Assembly (NCBI RefSeq): GCF_018350175.1
Contig: NC_058368.1
Coordinates: 66,528,001 to 66,592,000 of the forward strand
DNA length: 64,000 bases
DNA from: Felis catus
Lineage: Eukaryota
Direction of reading: 5' to 3'
The notes beneath the pieces are model-generated. The model was not told where the DNA came from, ran no database searches, and worked only from the letters and a program-made list of their open reading frames with translations. Made by a program: the position numbers and the translations under genes. This document shows positions 1 to 12,805 of this stretch, in pieces (position 1 is the first letter of the stretch; each line of letters starts with the position of its first letter).

Positions 1-1527
1 GTTATTTGCAGCTCACAACAGGTGTTGTTACACATTTCATAGATGAGCCCAAAGAAATTATACATCTTAGCAGAGATTACACAGCCACACGGTTGTGGGA
101 GCTGGGGCTCAAACTCAGACCTTCTGGGTAGAGCCCACATGTTTCCTGATACAGCTGAGCTACAATGAACGTCATCCTATCAAACAACGAGGGTAGGGGA
201 AGGTCACAGCTTCAGGGTATGCTTTCGGTGTCTTGGAGGGAGCTGAGAGAAGGTAATAAATAAAAGCTCTTTTCCATGACCTCCGCTTGCTCCCCAGATG
301 TAGTCAGCGGCAACTACATTGCCAGGGGGAGGGGATCTTGGCTGTGCAACTTCCAAGTGAATTTATCACTTCTCATATCACAGCCACTACTGGAGTTGAC
401 CCGTTCCCGGAGAAGCAAAACAACAGTAGCCTTGTTAAGTATTCTATCTTCCCACCCCCCTGGCTAAGTGCCTGGCTGCGGCTTTACACCAATGCCATTT
501 CTAAGCATCACCACTGTGACCAGAGACGCACTGGCCCTGGACTGATGGGAGAAGGAACACTTCCTTCTGTACTGAAACCCCCAGGTGAACCCTGTATGCT
601 TTGCTGCAAATGGGCATAAGAGCTGGCTCCCTCCTGTTGTTCAAACTGCCCTGCTCCTTCAGCCGGGGAGAAACGACCCCAAATTATTTTACTTTTCAGA
701 AGGCATCCTGAGCACTTTAGTTTTTAATCATTTTTTTATTTCCCCCCAAGCCTAAATCAAAGCAATTTGTTAATAATAATCTTTCAGGAACCCGACTCTA
801 GTGCGTGCGGACGTGTATACAAAATCTCGAAGAGATTTAGGGAGAGGGGGAGAAAAAAAAGGGGTTGGAAATCCATCTGTGGATTTAAATTCAGTAAAAT
901 GAGCTTATTACTGGCCCCTCTCCCCCCTCACCTGCAAAACTCAAAACCAGCTGTGACGGGGGCTAGAACGTGGGAACGTAACCAAGAACTATCAGTTGCT
1001 CCCTTCTCTCGGAAGCTGTGGTCAACCCAGCACAGAGAAGTGCAGCGGGCTGTAGCACCTTCAGGACGACTCTAGGAGTAAGAGCAGCCCTGCCCAGCAC
1101 GTGAGGCGAGCTGGGGAGCTGCTGTGTGTGTGTGACCTCCTGTCCGCTCCAGACGAGAAGGACGTGTGGCCACAGAGGACCCAGGACCAGACCAGCCTTT
1201 GACCTTCGCCACGGCCTGCCAGCTCTCAGCAGCCCTCGGTCCATGTTCAGCCCAGACCCTCACCCCTCACCCGGTGTCATTTGCAAATGGCCTTGGGACC
1301 CCTCAGATACGTGGACTCAGAGCCCTGTGCACTGAGGTAGGAGAGTACAAGCTGAGCCAGCATCACTAATTGGGCTCCTTGGTGACTCTTTCCTTCAATG
1401 AAAAGAGAAAGACTTTGTTCCATGTTAAGCGCCTGTTCCTCAGTTGCTTTCTTCCCCCCAGGGAATAACGAAATCTTCTCTTGGTTCATCCTCAGTAGTT
1501 GTTTCTAGAGACCCCCAGCAGAGTTGC

Positions 1528-1940
1528 ATCATGGGCTCAATTTTGTCCTCCTCAAATGCACATTTTGAAGTCCTAACCCCCAGTATCGCAGAATGTGACT
1601 GTGTTTGGAACTAGAGTTGTCACGGATGCAATAACCCGGTACGACTGGTGTCCTTACACAAAGGAGAAATCTGGAACCAGACACACACAGAGGGAGAACA
1701 CCATGTAAAGATGGAGGCGGAGATCAGGATGCCGCTTCTGTACCCCAAGGAACGCCAAAGATTGCCAGCACGCCACCGGAAGCTAGGTGACAGGCATAGA
1801 GCAGACTCTGGCTCACAGCCTCAGAAAGAACCAACCCAGCCCACACCTTGATCTTGGACTTCTTAGTTTCCACACCTGTGAGACAGTAGCCACCAAGTGT
1901 GTGGTACGTTGTCATGGCAGCCACAGCCAACTAATGCAGA
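1528..1940 (+). mobile_element. MLT1-type MaLR solo LTR
   Basis: Diagnostic text: gaagtcctaacccccagta...gaatgtgact...tttgga; ccacaccttgatcttggactt; end aactaatgca. Confidence 0.8.
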
Positions 1941-2031
1941 CCCCTCGCCTTGGTTTTCAGAATTACTCCCCACCTCATCTTGTATCCTTCCCTCGTGTCA
2001 GGGAAGCCAGCCTCTCTCATTCCAGTCTCAT

Positions 2032-2259
2032 TTTATTGTTTATTTCTTTAAGTTTACTTACTTATTTTGAGAGAGAGAGAGAGTAGATGAGCAGGAGCAG
2101 GGGAGAGGCAGAAAGAGAAGAGAGAGAGAGGATCCCAAGCAGGCTCCAAGCTGTCGGCGTCAGGCCCTACGCGGGGCTCAAACTCACGAACCATGAGATC
2201 GTGACCTGAGCTGAAACCAGGAGTCGTACAGGTAACCGAATGAGCCCCCCAGGGGCCCC
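2032..2259 (-). mobile_element. Can-SINE (SINEC) with TSD ccagtctcat
   Basis: Reverse tRNA-derived head, (GA)n and T-rich tail; TSD at 2022-2031 and 2260-2269. Confidence 0.92.
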
Positions 2260-2575
2260 CCAGTCTCATCTTCGAGGCGGGGGTGCTCCTTTCGCCTCCG
2301 CAGGACTTTGTGCGATGGCGCAGTGCGTTAACATTGAACACGGCTCTAGAGGCCTCTGCCCAGCTGAGAATACTAGAACGCTGTCTCCTTTTAATAAATT
2401 CATTCCATTTATGTCTCTGTACTAAGTTTTCAAGGAGATGAGTTATTTTCACATGACAAATAACTGGCACAGGAATGTAGCAAATATCTTTTTCGAGCTT
2501 AGTATATGCCAGCCTCTGTTTTAGTTACATCTACTAGCAATTTGATGATCACAACAGTCCTTTGAGGGAGATGTT

Positions 2576-2603
2576 ATCATCATCATCATCATCATCATCA
2601 TCA
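2576..2603. repeat. (ATC)n microsatellite inside a MIR-like fragment
   Basis: About 9 ATC units, followed by MIR core text gaaaaactgaggc. Confidence 0.85.
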
Positions 2604-5600
2604 TTATTTTACAAGTTAGAAAAACTGAGGCAAGGAGAGATTGAATAACTTCCTCCAAAAAATCAGATTCAAATCCAGGCTGCAGCCTGGCACCAGAATC
2701 TGTGCTCTGAACCACTAAGCATCTTGCAAGCAGATTTAATAGCATTAATGTGGGTTTTGAATGTGGCCCATCCTTCCAGGTGGGAGTCATCTCTGCTCAT
2801 CCCAGGGACCCTGAATCTGGGATGATGATACATTTTCAGTCCACTGTCAGTGGGTTGTATTATACCTTAGGACTAGCAGAACTGGAAGCCACTGGCAGCG
2901 CCCCCACAGAGAGCACAGCAACATTCAGCACCCTGAGGGTGCTAATGTACCCATGTCAGTGCCCGGCAGAACCGTGGGAGGGGCCGTGCGGCCAAGCAGG
3001 TGAGAGAAACCGATAGACTGGAGTTCCAATGGGGGTGCCCAGCAACCTGAGAATCCGTGAAACGCCCCCAGGCAGGTAGGCAAGATTCTCTCCGATTGCT
3101 GAGGTCTCCAATAAATAGTTGGGGCAAAAGCCAGAAAACTCTGGGTTATTACCAATATCGTGACCCTGTCTATACCTTTGAGTTGGTAAGGCGTGGTGAA
3201 TCGCAAAAACATGCTAATGGCATATCAGTACTTCACAATAGCACAGCCCTGCCTAGGTCGCCCTCTTCAAGGGCAAATGTCTCCTGCCACCCCACCAGAG
3301 GCTCTATGGAAAACTGCAGTCAAGTCAGCTCCTCATCAGGCATCCCAAGGAGGTGTTAGCTGGAAATAGGACAGCCCTCCATGCAAGGGGAAAAGGGCTA
3401 TGCTTCCAAAATGGTGTCAAGAACCAGCTCAGAAGCTGGTAGTGACACAAAATCCCTCTACAAATAGAGAAAGTGAGCCCTTCAGTTAAGGCCCAGCGAG
3501 CCAAAGGATGCCACAGAAAGGTGGCAACTGTTGAAGGGCCAGTGGTAGATACGGTGTAGGATCCAGACAGACTTAACAGGCCCAACTCCCAAGAATCTTC
3601 TAATCGCAAGGCCTGGACCTGATGACAGAACGTTGACAACGGACAATAACGTTTGGGGAGCTGCTGGGGCCCGTGATGTCCAGCAGCTGCTCTTTGAAGG
3701 GGACCCTCCCAAGCTCACCTACTGAAGACCAACCTACTCAGGCTCTCAACCCCTCACGAACGAATGAACTGGTAATTGGTGGATTAAGTCACACATTTCT
3801 AGTATTGAGACATGTTTCTGTTTGTGTTGGCCTGTTTGGTTTCTTCATATCTCTCTGAACACAAAACCTTTCTTTAGTGCTTACTCTCTCAGTTACACCT
3901 GGAAGGTTTTCAAAACATGTTTATCTAGAAAGTTAGTTGAATCTTACGTTTAAACATAGCAGTCAGAACATCTTAAGTAACTTGAAGGATAGACGGAATG
4001 TTACTGCTGTTGTTAAGACATTTATTGAATGTCATTACAGGTAATGACACCATGTCATGTGTGACTGCGGCCCTAGCTCACGGGTTCGTGACCTAAATTA
4101 ACCTGGGTTAGTGCTCTCACAGATCCTGTTCTCCAAAATGCCTCAACTTGTCTCTGTCAGATGGAGACAAGCCATGCTCATTTTGGAACACTAACAAAGC
4201 AGCCCCGCTCCCTGCTCTCCTGTTCTGCTTGGTTGAAGGGTTAGGACCTTTTGGCGCCTTGTTTTTTAAATGATGCAAGTGAGAAGTTTTGTAGAATACA
4301 GATAAACAGACAAACAAACCAACAAAAACACTGAAAATCATCCACAAGCTTAGACTAACCCCACCACCTTTTTGGTCTTTCGGAGAGAGTTGCCATACTG
4401 TCAAATCAATAGATGTCAAGAAGTATTTCTTGAGAACATAAAAGGTTTCTGGCACAGGGCTAAGTGATGGAAAGGCATAGAAAAGGAGTAAAAAACCTCA
4501 GTCTCGGCCCTCAAAAGAGTTCATTCTCTTGTTAGGGAATATAACATAGACGAATACAGCCTGGGGCCATGACATGTTAATGAGCCATCTTTGGGGGATG
4601 TGAAGGGAGGAGATGGATTATTATTTGTGGACTAAATAGGCATTGGGCACCTGTTCAGAGCTCTCTGCCATGAACACAGATCAAGGTCTCAGGAAGTAAC
4701 AGTAGCCAGTCAGGGAAAAAGACCAGGGGAATTCAATAAAATATTACCTACACAGCTCCATGGACAAGGTGTGGGAGGTACAGGAAGATGCTGCGTCTAA
4801 ACCCTCCTGGGGATTCAGGCGAAGCTGATGCTGACAGAGCTTCCTGCGGCGACCTGGGCGTGCAGGGGCCTTCCCGCCCACGCGGTGCGCCCAGCGCTGC
4901 GCACTGAGCACTTGTCCTACCCGGCTGGCTTACTTTTCACCATAGCGCTAGAAAATAAGCCATTTTTTTATTTAAAAAAATTTTTTTTTAATTTTGAAAG
5001 AAAAAGAAAAGAAGCCATTTACTTTTTTCCTATTTTGTAGATGGAGAAACTGAAACCTAGCAGGGTTAGAGAACGTGGGAACAGTACTCAGCCAACAGGT
5101 GGAGCCCGAGCTCAGGTACCTGCCGCCAGGGGCCGGCCTCTGGACCGTTCCCCACGCCAGGTGTATACACGCCGTGGTGGCGACAGCGGCCACTGGGTTT
5201 CATTTGGCTTCTCCTCTAACTCCTGCTGCGACACACTTCCTCCTCTTCATCCACTGCAGTCGGAAAAAAAAAGACATAGTTTTGGTGTACCATCCGTCTG
5301 TTTTCACAATGTGAGAGTTCAAGGCTATGAACAACAGACTGCTGCAATGAGCCCCAACTCGAATACTTCCGCCAGTTTGGCTGAGGGTAACGGGCCCACC
5401 ATTGCCCACCACGCATGCAGCTAACTCAGATTTAAAAGGAATGAAGTTATGTTCAGGCTGTCTGGAAGCTTCTCTCTGTGCCTAAAATAAAAGCCCTTTA
5501 CTGAGGATTCCCGCTATAGCCTGCTAGATCAATTGTCAGCGCTGTGCGTCTGCTTCCTACCCTCACCCCCACCATCGCGGGAGAGGGGATGTGACTGTCC

Positions 5601-6957
5601 TACTCCACGCAGCCTGCCTGGCTTCTTCTCTGCTGTTCTTGCCCTCTTCCTCCGGTTCCTCCGCCTTGTAGGGTGACCAGTGCATGCCCTACAGCCATTC
5701 CAGGTCACATGACCTCTTTCAGTCCCCACTGCTATTTGATAATAGCATTTTCTTGCTGGAACATGGAAATGCTCAAGTATCTCTTCCTGAAGTCAAAGCC
5801 ACCGTTTTGAGCAGGTAGCATTTTGCCATAAGGAAGCGAACACACCTTCCAAACAGAAAAGTGCAGGCCGGGACAGAGTCACATGCCCAGGGTACAGTAG
5901 ACAGTGAGCTTTCTGGGAGGTCAAAATGGGAGAGATCCAGAAAAGCTTAAACTGTGGAAGAGGTTCTGTGCAGAAGCAATACTTGAGAGAGAATTTGAAA
6001 GATGGATATGAATTTGAGGAGACACTAGAGGAACAAGGTGTGGAATAAACAAACATCTGATTGTATTTTTTTCCTGAGCAATTTACCAACTTGACATAAG
6101 AAATGCTTAAAAGCAAAATGTTTCCATGCCGCTGTAGACCTGTCCTCCATCCCTCCCTGACCAATAGCTTAACCTACTCAACAAAATCAAGTCTTCATTT
6201 TACAAAAAGAATAAAACCAAATTTTTACATTAATTATTGTTCCTAAAATAAGAGATTAGACCATTCGAATTTAGACACAGTTTATGGCTTTAATATTAAA
6301 GTCCTTTTACAATCATATCTTTGGAACTTCATTCAGTTAGGGAATGTAAACACCATTGCTCTTGGGTGAGATGATCTCTGAATGCTTCCCGGGACAGTAA
6401 ATATGGTTTAAAAGTTCAGCTCAGGTTTACAACTGGCTAGGAGAAAAAGAAAGAAAGAAAAAAGAAGAGGTATTGCGTCCCTTTAAAAGCTTTACAACAG
6501 CATGTGCATCGATACTGCTTGTGTAAAAGGAAATACATGTGCACGTGCTCGTCTATACAAAAATTAGTTACTGCAGGATACACGAGAAGTTACTAACAGT
6601 GCTGGTCTCAGACAGGAACTAGGCTCAGCGATAAAAAGGAGACGAGCCTCTCATTCCCCTTTACATGCCTGTCACCTTCGTTTGAGGCCACCAAGAATGC
6701 AATGGCAAACTTCCTTCCTGAATTCTCACCACAGGCAGCCAGCACCTCAAACATACGTCTCCACGTGTTTCAATTTGCCTGAAACTCTATCAAACGCCCC
6801 CAATTTTTACCTTCCTGACACTGAGTTCATATTTAAGCAGACAGTTGCTCTGAGAAAGTTATTTTGGAAACAAAAGAAAGAAAGTAGTTTACTTGCAAAG
6901 AAGTTTAATGAGGGAGCCCAAGTTTTAAAAAGAGTAGCTGAAAAACAAAACAGAAGT

Positions 6958-7410
6958 TGGGGCGCCTAGGTGACTCAGTCAGCTAAGCGTCTGACCTCGG
7001 CTCAGGTCACGATGTCACAGTTCATGCGTTTGAGCCCTCGCATCATGCTCTGTGCTCACAGCTCGGAGCCTGGAGCCTGCTTCAGATTCTGTGTCTCCCT
7101 CTCTCTCTCTGCCCCTCCTCTGCTCACTCCCTCCCTCTTTCTCTCTCTCTCTCTCAAAAATGAATAAACATTCAAAAACAAAACAAAACAAAAGCAAGCA
7201 AAAAACTGAAATAAAAAAAAAAAATCAGGACCCTGGATGGCCCACTCAGTTAAGTGACCACTCTTGGTTTTGGCTCAGTCGTAATCTCATGGTTCTTAGG
7301 CTCAGCCACCGCTGCAGCACAGAGCTTGCCTGGGATTCTCTCTCTCCTCTCTCTCTTCTCTTTCCCCTGCTTGTGCTCTCACTCTCTCTCTCTTAAAATA
7401 AATAAATAAA
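6958..7410 (+). mobile_element. Two tandem Can-SINEs (about 6958-7223 and 7228-7410)
   Basis: ggggcgcctaggtgactcagtc head, (CT)n and aataaa tail; the second element begins in the A-tail of the first. Confidence 0.9.
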
Positions 7411-7896
7411 CACTTTTTTTTAATTGCCAGATAAGCAGTGTTACCAAGTTTACATTTAGTCTGTTCATGGCGGGAAAACAGATTTTGTCACAGTATTTTA
7501 TCTACAAAGGTCACCACATGTCTTCAGATGTCAACATTGAAACTGGCATAGATAAAATTATCTTTGATACGGTCCATAACTTTCAGGGACAGCTATGGTT
7601 TCATTTATTATGGGGATTCCAAGCAGACAGACGGATCCCCTGGAAAACTGTCTTGGTTTATCTCAGGATGCAAAGTACTTTTTAAAAATTTTTGTCTGAC
7701 TACAGTGCATGATTTCTCATGCACACTAACTTATCGCAGAGGCAGGGACAAATGTCATATTGTTTTTAGACATACTTAGCATTAAGAGATAATAGGATCC
7801 ATCTCTCTGAGACCACCATCATCCTTATGGTCCCTGCCTGCAATGTCCGCACCCCATTGTGCGCTAAAACTATACAAGTGACTAATGTCAGCCCCC

Positions 7897-8293
7897 TGTG
7901 ACCATCTCACACGACCTCAAGGAGAAGTCAAAAATAAGAACTGGAAAACCAGTTAAGCAGAGGCCTGCAGGCAGTATTTTTGACCAACCGGGTACAATAG
8001 AAACAATGTATTAAGTTGACCCTAGGGACTTTCCCATATCCCTGTGGAAATCAGAAACCTGAATTTTTACAATCAAACAGATTACACCTTCTGATGCACA
8101 GCTATTTGGAGAACTGCTTACAAGCATGCAGACCCTTTCCCTTTTTTGTATATGTAATCCCCTGTAGCTAACCAGCCTCAGAACAGTGCCTCAGAGCGAT
8201 CTGAAAGACTGTCTCCTAGGCTGTCGTCCTCAGCAGGACAACGAACAAAGCATTTACAAACCTACTTTGACGCTGGCTTTCTTTCAGCTGACA
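7897..8293 (+). mobile_element. ERV-type solo LTR (family not determined)
   Basis: TG...CA termini; U3/R-like text aaagactgtctcctaggctgtcgtcctcag. Confidence 0.55.
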
Positions 8294-8376
8294 CCATGCT
8301 GCCCCATCTGCTTCCTTCCTGAACTGTCAGCAGCAGCACTTACAAAGAAACCACAACTCCGATCTTTTTAAAGTGT

Positions 8377-8947
8377 CTGATGGGTTATGAAGATGCCACC
8401 CCAAACATACCACTTTAGCATGAAAATTATTTTGACTCTGAAGGTAATTGACAAGAAGCTGTCTGCCCTTCCCCGTTTGCCTAAAAGCAGGACATAAAGA
8501 TATGTCCTTCACCAGCTCCCCCATCTCCTACCAGGAAGGACAGAAGTTAATCATCAAAGACAACAGTACACCCTGATCAGCCTATAAATGGCGCCAGAGG
8601 AATCTATGTAACAAATTTTACTAACTAGCCTATCTGCCATTAGTTTCCCATTTTTTTGCCTTCCCACCATTTGCCAGCCAGGAAACTTAGTCTTTTTCCT
8701 TGGTCTTGTCACTTCTGTACAAACTTACTGTTCTTTTGTTAAGATGCTATATAGGACCAAGTTCTCACCACCCCTTTGAGCTACTCATCACTGGGTACTC
8801 CCACATGTATGCACAATGCACAGGTTAATAATCTTCTGTTTGCTTTGTTGTTTTTTCTTGTTAATCTGTCTTTTGTCAGTCTTATTTCTAAGGCCCCTGC
8901 TGAGAAGCTAAGACGGTAGTGATCAAAAGTGTTTTTCCTCCCCTACA
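8377..8947 (+). mobile_element. ERV1-like solo LTR, copy 1
   Basis: Ends tttcctcccctaca; homologous in reverse to 18855-19440. Confidence 0.75.
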
Positions 8948-11900
8948 CCCCAAAAGTTGACTAGCAGTCCTCTTAAACACCGATAAATCTATTCAAAAGC
9001 AATTCTCCAGTTTCTCCTATCTTGGTCAGACCATTTTCTATCACAAAATAGGCTAAATATCTTATCACAGCTCCTCTGTTTATCTCTCCTGCCTTCATCT
9101 AAACCCATTCTTCTTGTAGCATCTCCTTAGAATTCATAACCTCCTGCAAAACAATAATTTGAAGACTGGAATCAAGTGACCCTTAGTTTTCTTTTATCTT
9201 AGCAAGTCTATTTCATATCCTTGTGTTGTTGTCTTTAAAATAAATCTCCTCTTCCTTAACCGTGTTTTTGTTCTTTGTTAACCCTTTCTTCTTAAACTGA
9301 GTTAATTAAAACTGAACCAAATACTCTCACAGGAATCTCACTAATGCAGTGTGTAAATGAACTACTCCTTTATTTTTAGGCTCATATTTCATTTTAATAT
9401 ATCTCGGAATTACGCCGGCTTTTCTCAAGAGCACACCTACGTAGCTTCCCCCCCCCCCCCTTAATATTCAACTATGCCTCCTACCTGATAGAGTTGTTGA
9501 CAAGTTTAGTGGGATTATGTATGAAACATGCTCATTAGAATTCCCGGCATGTGAAAAGCACTCCAGAAATGGTGACTCTGTAGATTCTCGATAGAGAGTT
9601 GATGAGTATATAGGAAGAGAGGTTGCTCAAAATGCACTGTAGGATATATTTAAGGCAACGAATAGACATATATTTGTGCACCTGACTTTAAGACAACCCA
9701 TTATATGGAAATTGGAATTTACAGAAGCAATATGTGACTTGGGTGTCTGTTATGAAGAAGACCCTTGCCTTTGCTCAAACTGTTCTCCTTCATTCCCAGG
9801 CTCCAACAGCTAGAACTGCAAGCGACACTCCAAGATTTCAGCTAGATAGATGAGCTACACTCACACAAGGTAATCCATTCTGACACCACATATTAAGGAT
9901 TATCATGTAGGAGCCATACATTCCTGGAATCTGAGGGAAATCCAAACAAGGAGTTGTATTTCTGACCATGGCTCAACGTCATACAAATCCAAGCTATAAC
10001 AACGAATATAACACAAAACTAAGCAGCTACAAGCCACTACACATTTAAAATAGACATATAACCCAAGACTAATAAAACGGGCATTAACGTATTTCCATAT
10101 TGATTACACAAAAGGTCCCAATGAATTTAGCAGATGCTCATCTGGTTTTATTATATATATAACAATTATAACACCTTTACTATATCTTAATGCTGGCCTA
10201 AAATGAATGCAGCACTGAGAGTAATTAAGAAATAAACAGTCACGGAGCACAGCGCTTGTGTGTCCCTTAGAAATTTGTCGCAAGAGCCAGATGACCCAAG
10301 TTTCTTTCTAAAAACTTATCAAGGGAATTTGAGAAGATACCTTTTCCCTTCCACACTGGATGACCAACCTGGAGCACGAGCACACCTTCATAACCTTTTC
10401 GCTGCCAGGAGAGGACTGGGCTGAGAACTCACTGATAAATGTGTGATGTTGATCACATTCTTTCCATTGAAAGTATTTCTTTCCTGAGGTAAGGGCTGAC
10501 CCTTCACCCCCTCCTCAGTTAGAAAGAGCTGTCCCCGGTGTCAGGAGGCTCCCTAAGAGACAAGTCATGTTCAGTCTTTCTCAGCCTTCACTCCAGGAAG
10601 TGACAGTGTTTGATATCTATCAGAGCACTTCACTCGTCAATGAAAGGCAGTAAGAATGATCAGATTACAACTCTAGACTTTAATTCTTAAGGTAAAAAAA
10701 AAAAAAAATGGTATATACACATTATATAATTATTTTAAAACATACATGCATCACATTTTTTAAATGCTGCTTACCTTTTCACGTCCATTCCTCCCTCCCG
10801 CGAGGCCAGCAAAACCCTTTACAACCACGTCCCAGTGGGGGCCTGCCCAACTGTCCCCTTTTACCTTTCCCTCTGCAGACTTCTAACCTGATGTGTGCCT
10901 CTCACCTCCCCCAATACCAAATGTCCAGTAGCAAATACCCGATCTTAGTATCTGCCCTACAGGGTAGTCTGAAAACCGCCTGTCTCACCTTTAGTGCCCA
11001 CACCATTCCCCTTGCATTTAAACACACGGAGAGCTGCTCGTACCCCAGTTTGCTCTCCCGCATCCAAGAAATCTTCCTCTGCGGCCCCAACCAATGCCAT
11101 CTTCCCCATAGAGCCTTTTAGATTAACCAGCAAAGGCCTTTGGTTTCTTCCTCTAACTAACCCTCATTTTTAAGCACTCATCTTAACCAAACATCCCAAC
11201 AAGTATTCAGGTACAGTATCATTTAAGAGGTGGCAGATGTTACATGCCTGACATATATTAGGTTTAATCTTTACCATCCTACAAGGACTGTTATGTGTAA
11301 AGTGAAGATAATGATGCATTTTTTATTAGGTAATCATGAAGACGTAATAATTTCTGGCCCACAGTGGGAGGTCAATAATTAATGCTCAACTGATGAATGA
11401 ATGAATAACCTGAGAGCACACAGTACTTCATAAAGGCGAAGTACCCTGTCGACCCAGGAGAACAAGAAGATCTGCAAGAACCACTACATAAGTCCCACAG
11501 GCTGTCTGTCATGTGCTGATCCGCAACTCACCACCCTGCTGAACTACACATTCCTTTTCTAGAGGCTTGAACAAATTGAAATTTCTTCCTTCTTTAATTC
11601 AAATCTACATCCTTCGCCTGCTCTCCCTGGGTCCTGGCTCAGCTCCCAGGAGCCACACAACATAGAATCTGAGGGAGGGCTGGGCCTCCTTTTTTTTTTT
11701 TTTTTTTTTTTTTTAGGCCACACCACCTAGATTAGCTCTGGGGAGTGGGCTCCCCCGGGTAGCTAGGAGAGTTGATCACACCCCCAACGCACACACTCAA
11801 TGTGAAAGCAAAACCTCTCAGAAAAAGGTGTGTTTCGAGCACGTGACAAAGTTTTATTTCAGACTCGCAGGTAAGAGGCAGCAAAAGGAAAAGGTTTGTT

Positions 11901-11952
11901 CACAAAAACAGTCTTAGGAAAGGGCCCTTTTGGAAATACAAAGGAATTTCTA

Positions 11953-12122
11953 GATAAGTGGATCCTCAAACTTTAGCTGCCTCCGAATCTCACTCGCAGG
12001 GCTGCTTAAGACACCTAGCGCTGGAGACCAGTTTCTGATACTGTAGGTCCGAGGTGGGACCCAGAATTGGCGTTTGAAGCCCTTGCTGCTGTTCCGGGGA
12101 CCACACTTTGAGAACCACTGGC
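11953..12122. mobile_element. MER5A hAT-Charlie DNA transposon relic
   Basis: gtttctgatactgtaggtccgaggtgggacccagaatt...ggaccacactttgagaaccactg. Confidence 0.8.
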
Positions 12123-12719
12123 CTACACTCGAAATAAAGTTGCTCAGGTGCAAGATCGATTTTACAGAGCCGTGATGCTGCCGCGCTCTTCCACGTTTGG
12201 CAAGTAACTCAGGGTTATGCCCTCGGAGCTGCCCTGAGTGCGCCTCTACCCGGAGATACGGGGCCGCCCGGTTCCCCTACGGGCAACGCCCGACCGGGGC
12301 CACTTGAGCGCACAGCAGGGTCTGGCTTTTCAAGTTGGGATACTCGGGGAATTTAGCTTGAGGTAAAGTTGTCTTTCGTTCCCCGGGAGGCAGACGGAGC
12401 GCCTTCTCGGAGCAGCACCCTCGGGTCACCGGTGGCGCGCCGGGCGCCGGGAGCTGCGGGACTCGGGTGGGGCGTGGGCCGCTCTGCCGCCAGGCTCCGC
12501 ATCGCGCATGCGCAGCAGAGCCTCGGCTGCCGGCCAGGAAGGCGCCCCGGAAGTGGCCGTGCGGGGCGGCCGCCGTCTCGGGGTAGGGGGCGCTAAGATT
12601 GGCTGTTTCCGTTCCACGCTCGCTTATCCTTCAAGTCCTCGTTCTCCAGTGCGCTGGCATTAATGAACCAGGTTACTCAGGGCAAGGGATTCGTTGGAAA
12701 TTTGATTCCTTTAGGGACT

Positions 12720-12724
12720 AAAAA
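12720..12724 (-). terminator. RNA Pol III terminator (T5) for tRNA-Phe
   Basis: AAAAA on the + strand is TTTTT on the - strand, 8 nt after the tRNA 3' end. Confidence 0.85.
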
Positions 12725-12732
12725 GAGAGCGC

Positions 12733-12805
12733 TGCCGAAACCCGGGATCGAACCAGGGACCTTTAGATCTTCAGTCTAACGCTCTCCCAACTGAGCTATT
12801 TCGGC
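12733..12805 (-). tRNA. TRF-GAA: tRNA-Phe (anticodon GAA), intronless, 73 nt
   Basis: Reverse complement reads GCCGAAATAGCTCAGTTGGGAGAGCGTTAGACTGAAGATCTAAAGGTCCCTGGTTCGATCCCGGGTTTCGGCA, the canonical mammalian tRNA-Phe; intact A and B boxes and a 7-bp acceptor stem. Confidence 0.99.

Noticed and set aside
1..12000. DCT coding exons expected from synteny
   Set aside because: No tyrosinase-family peptide recognised in any listed frame; DCT coding sequence probably lies left of the window
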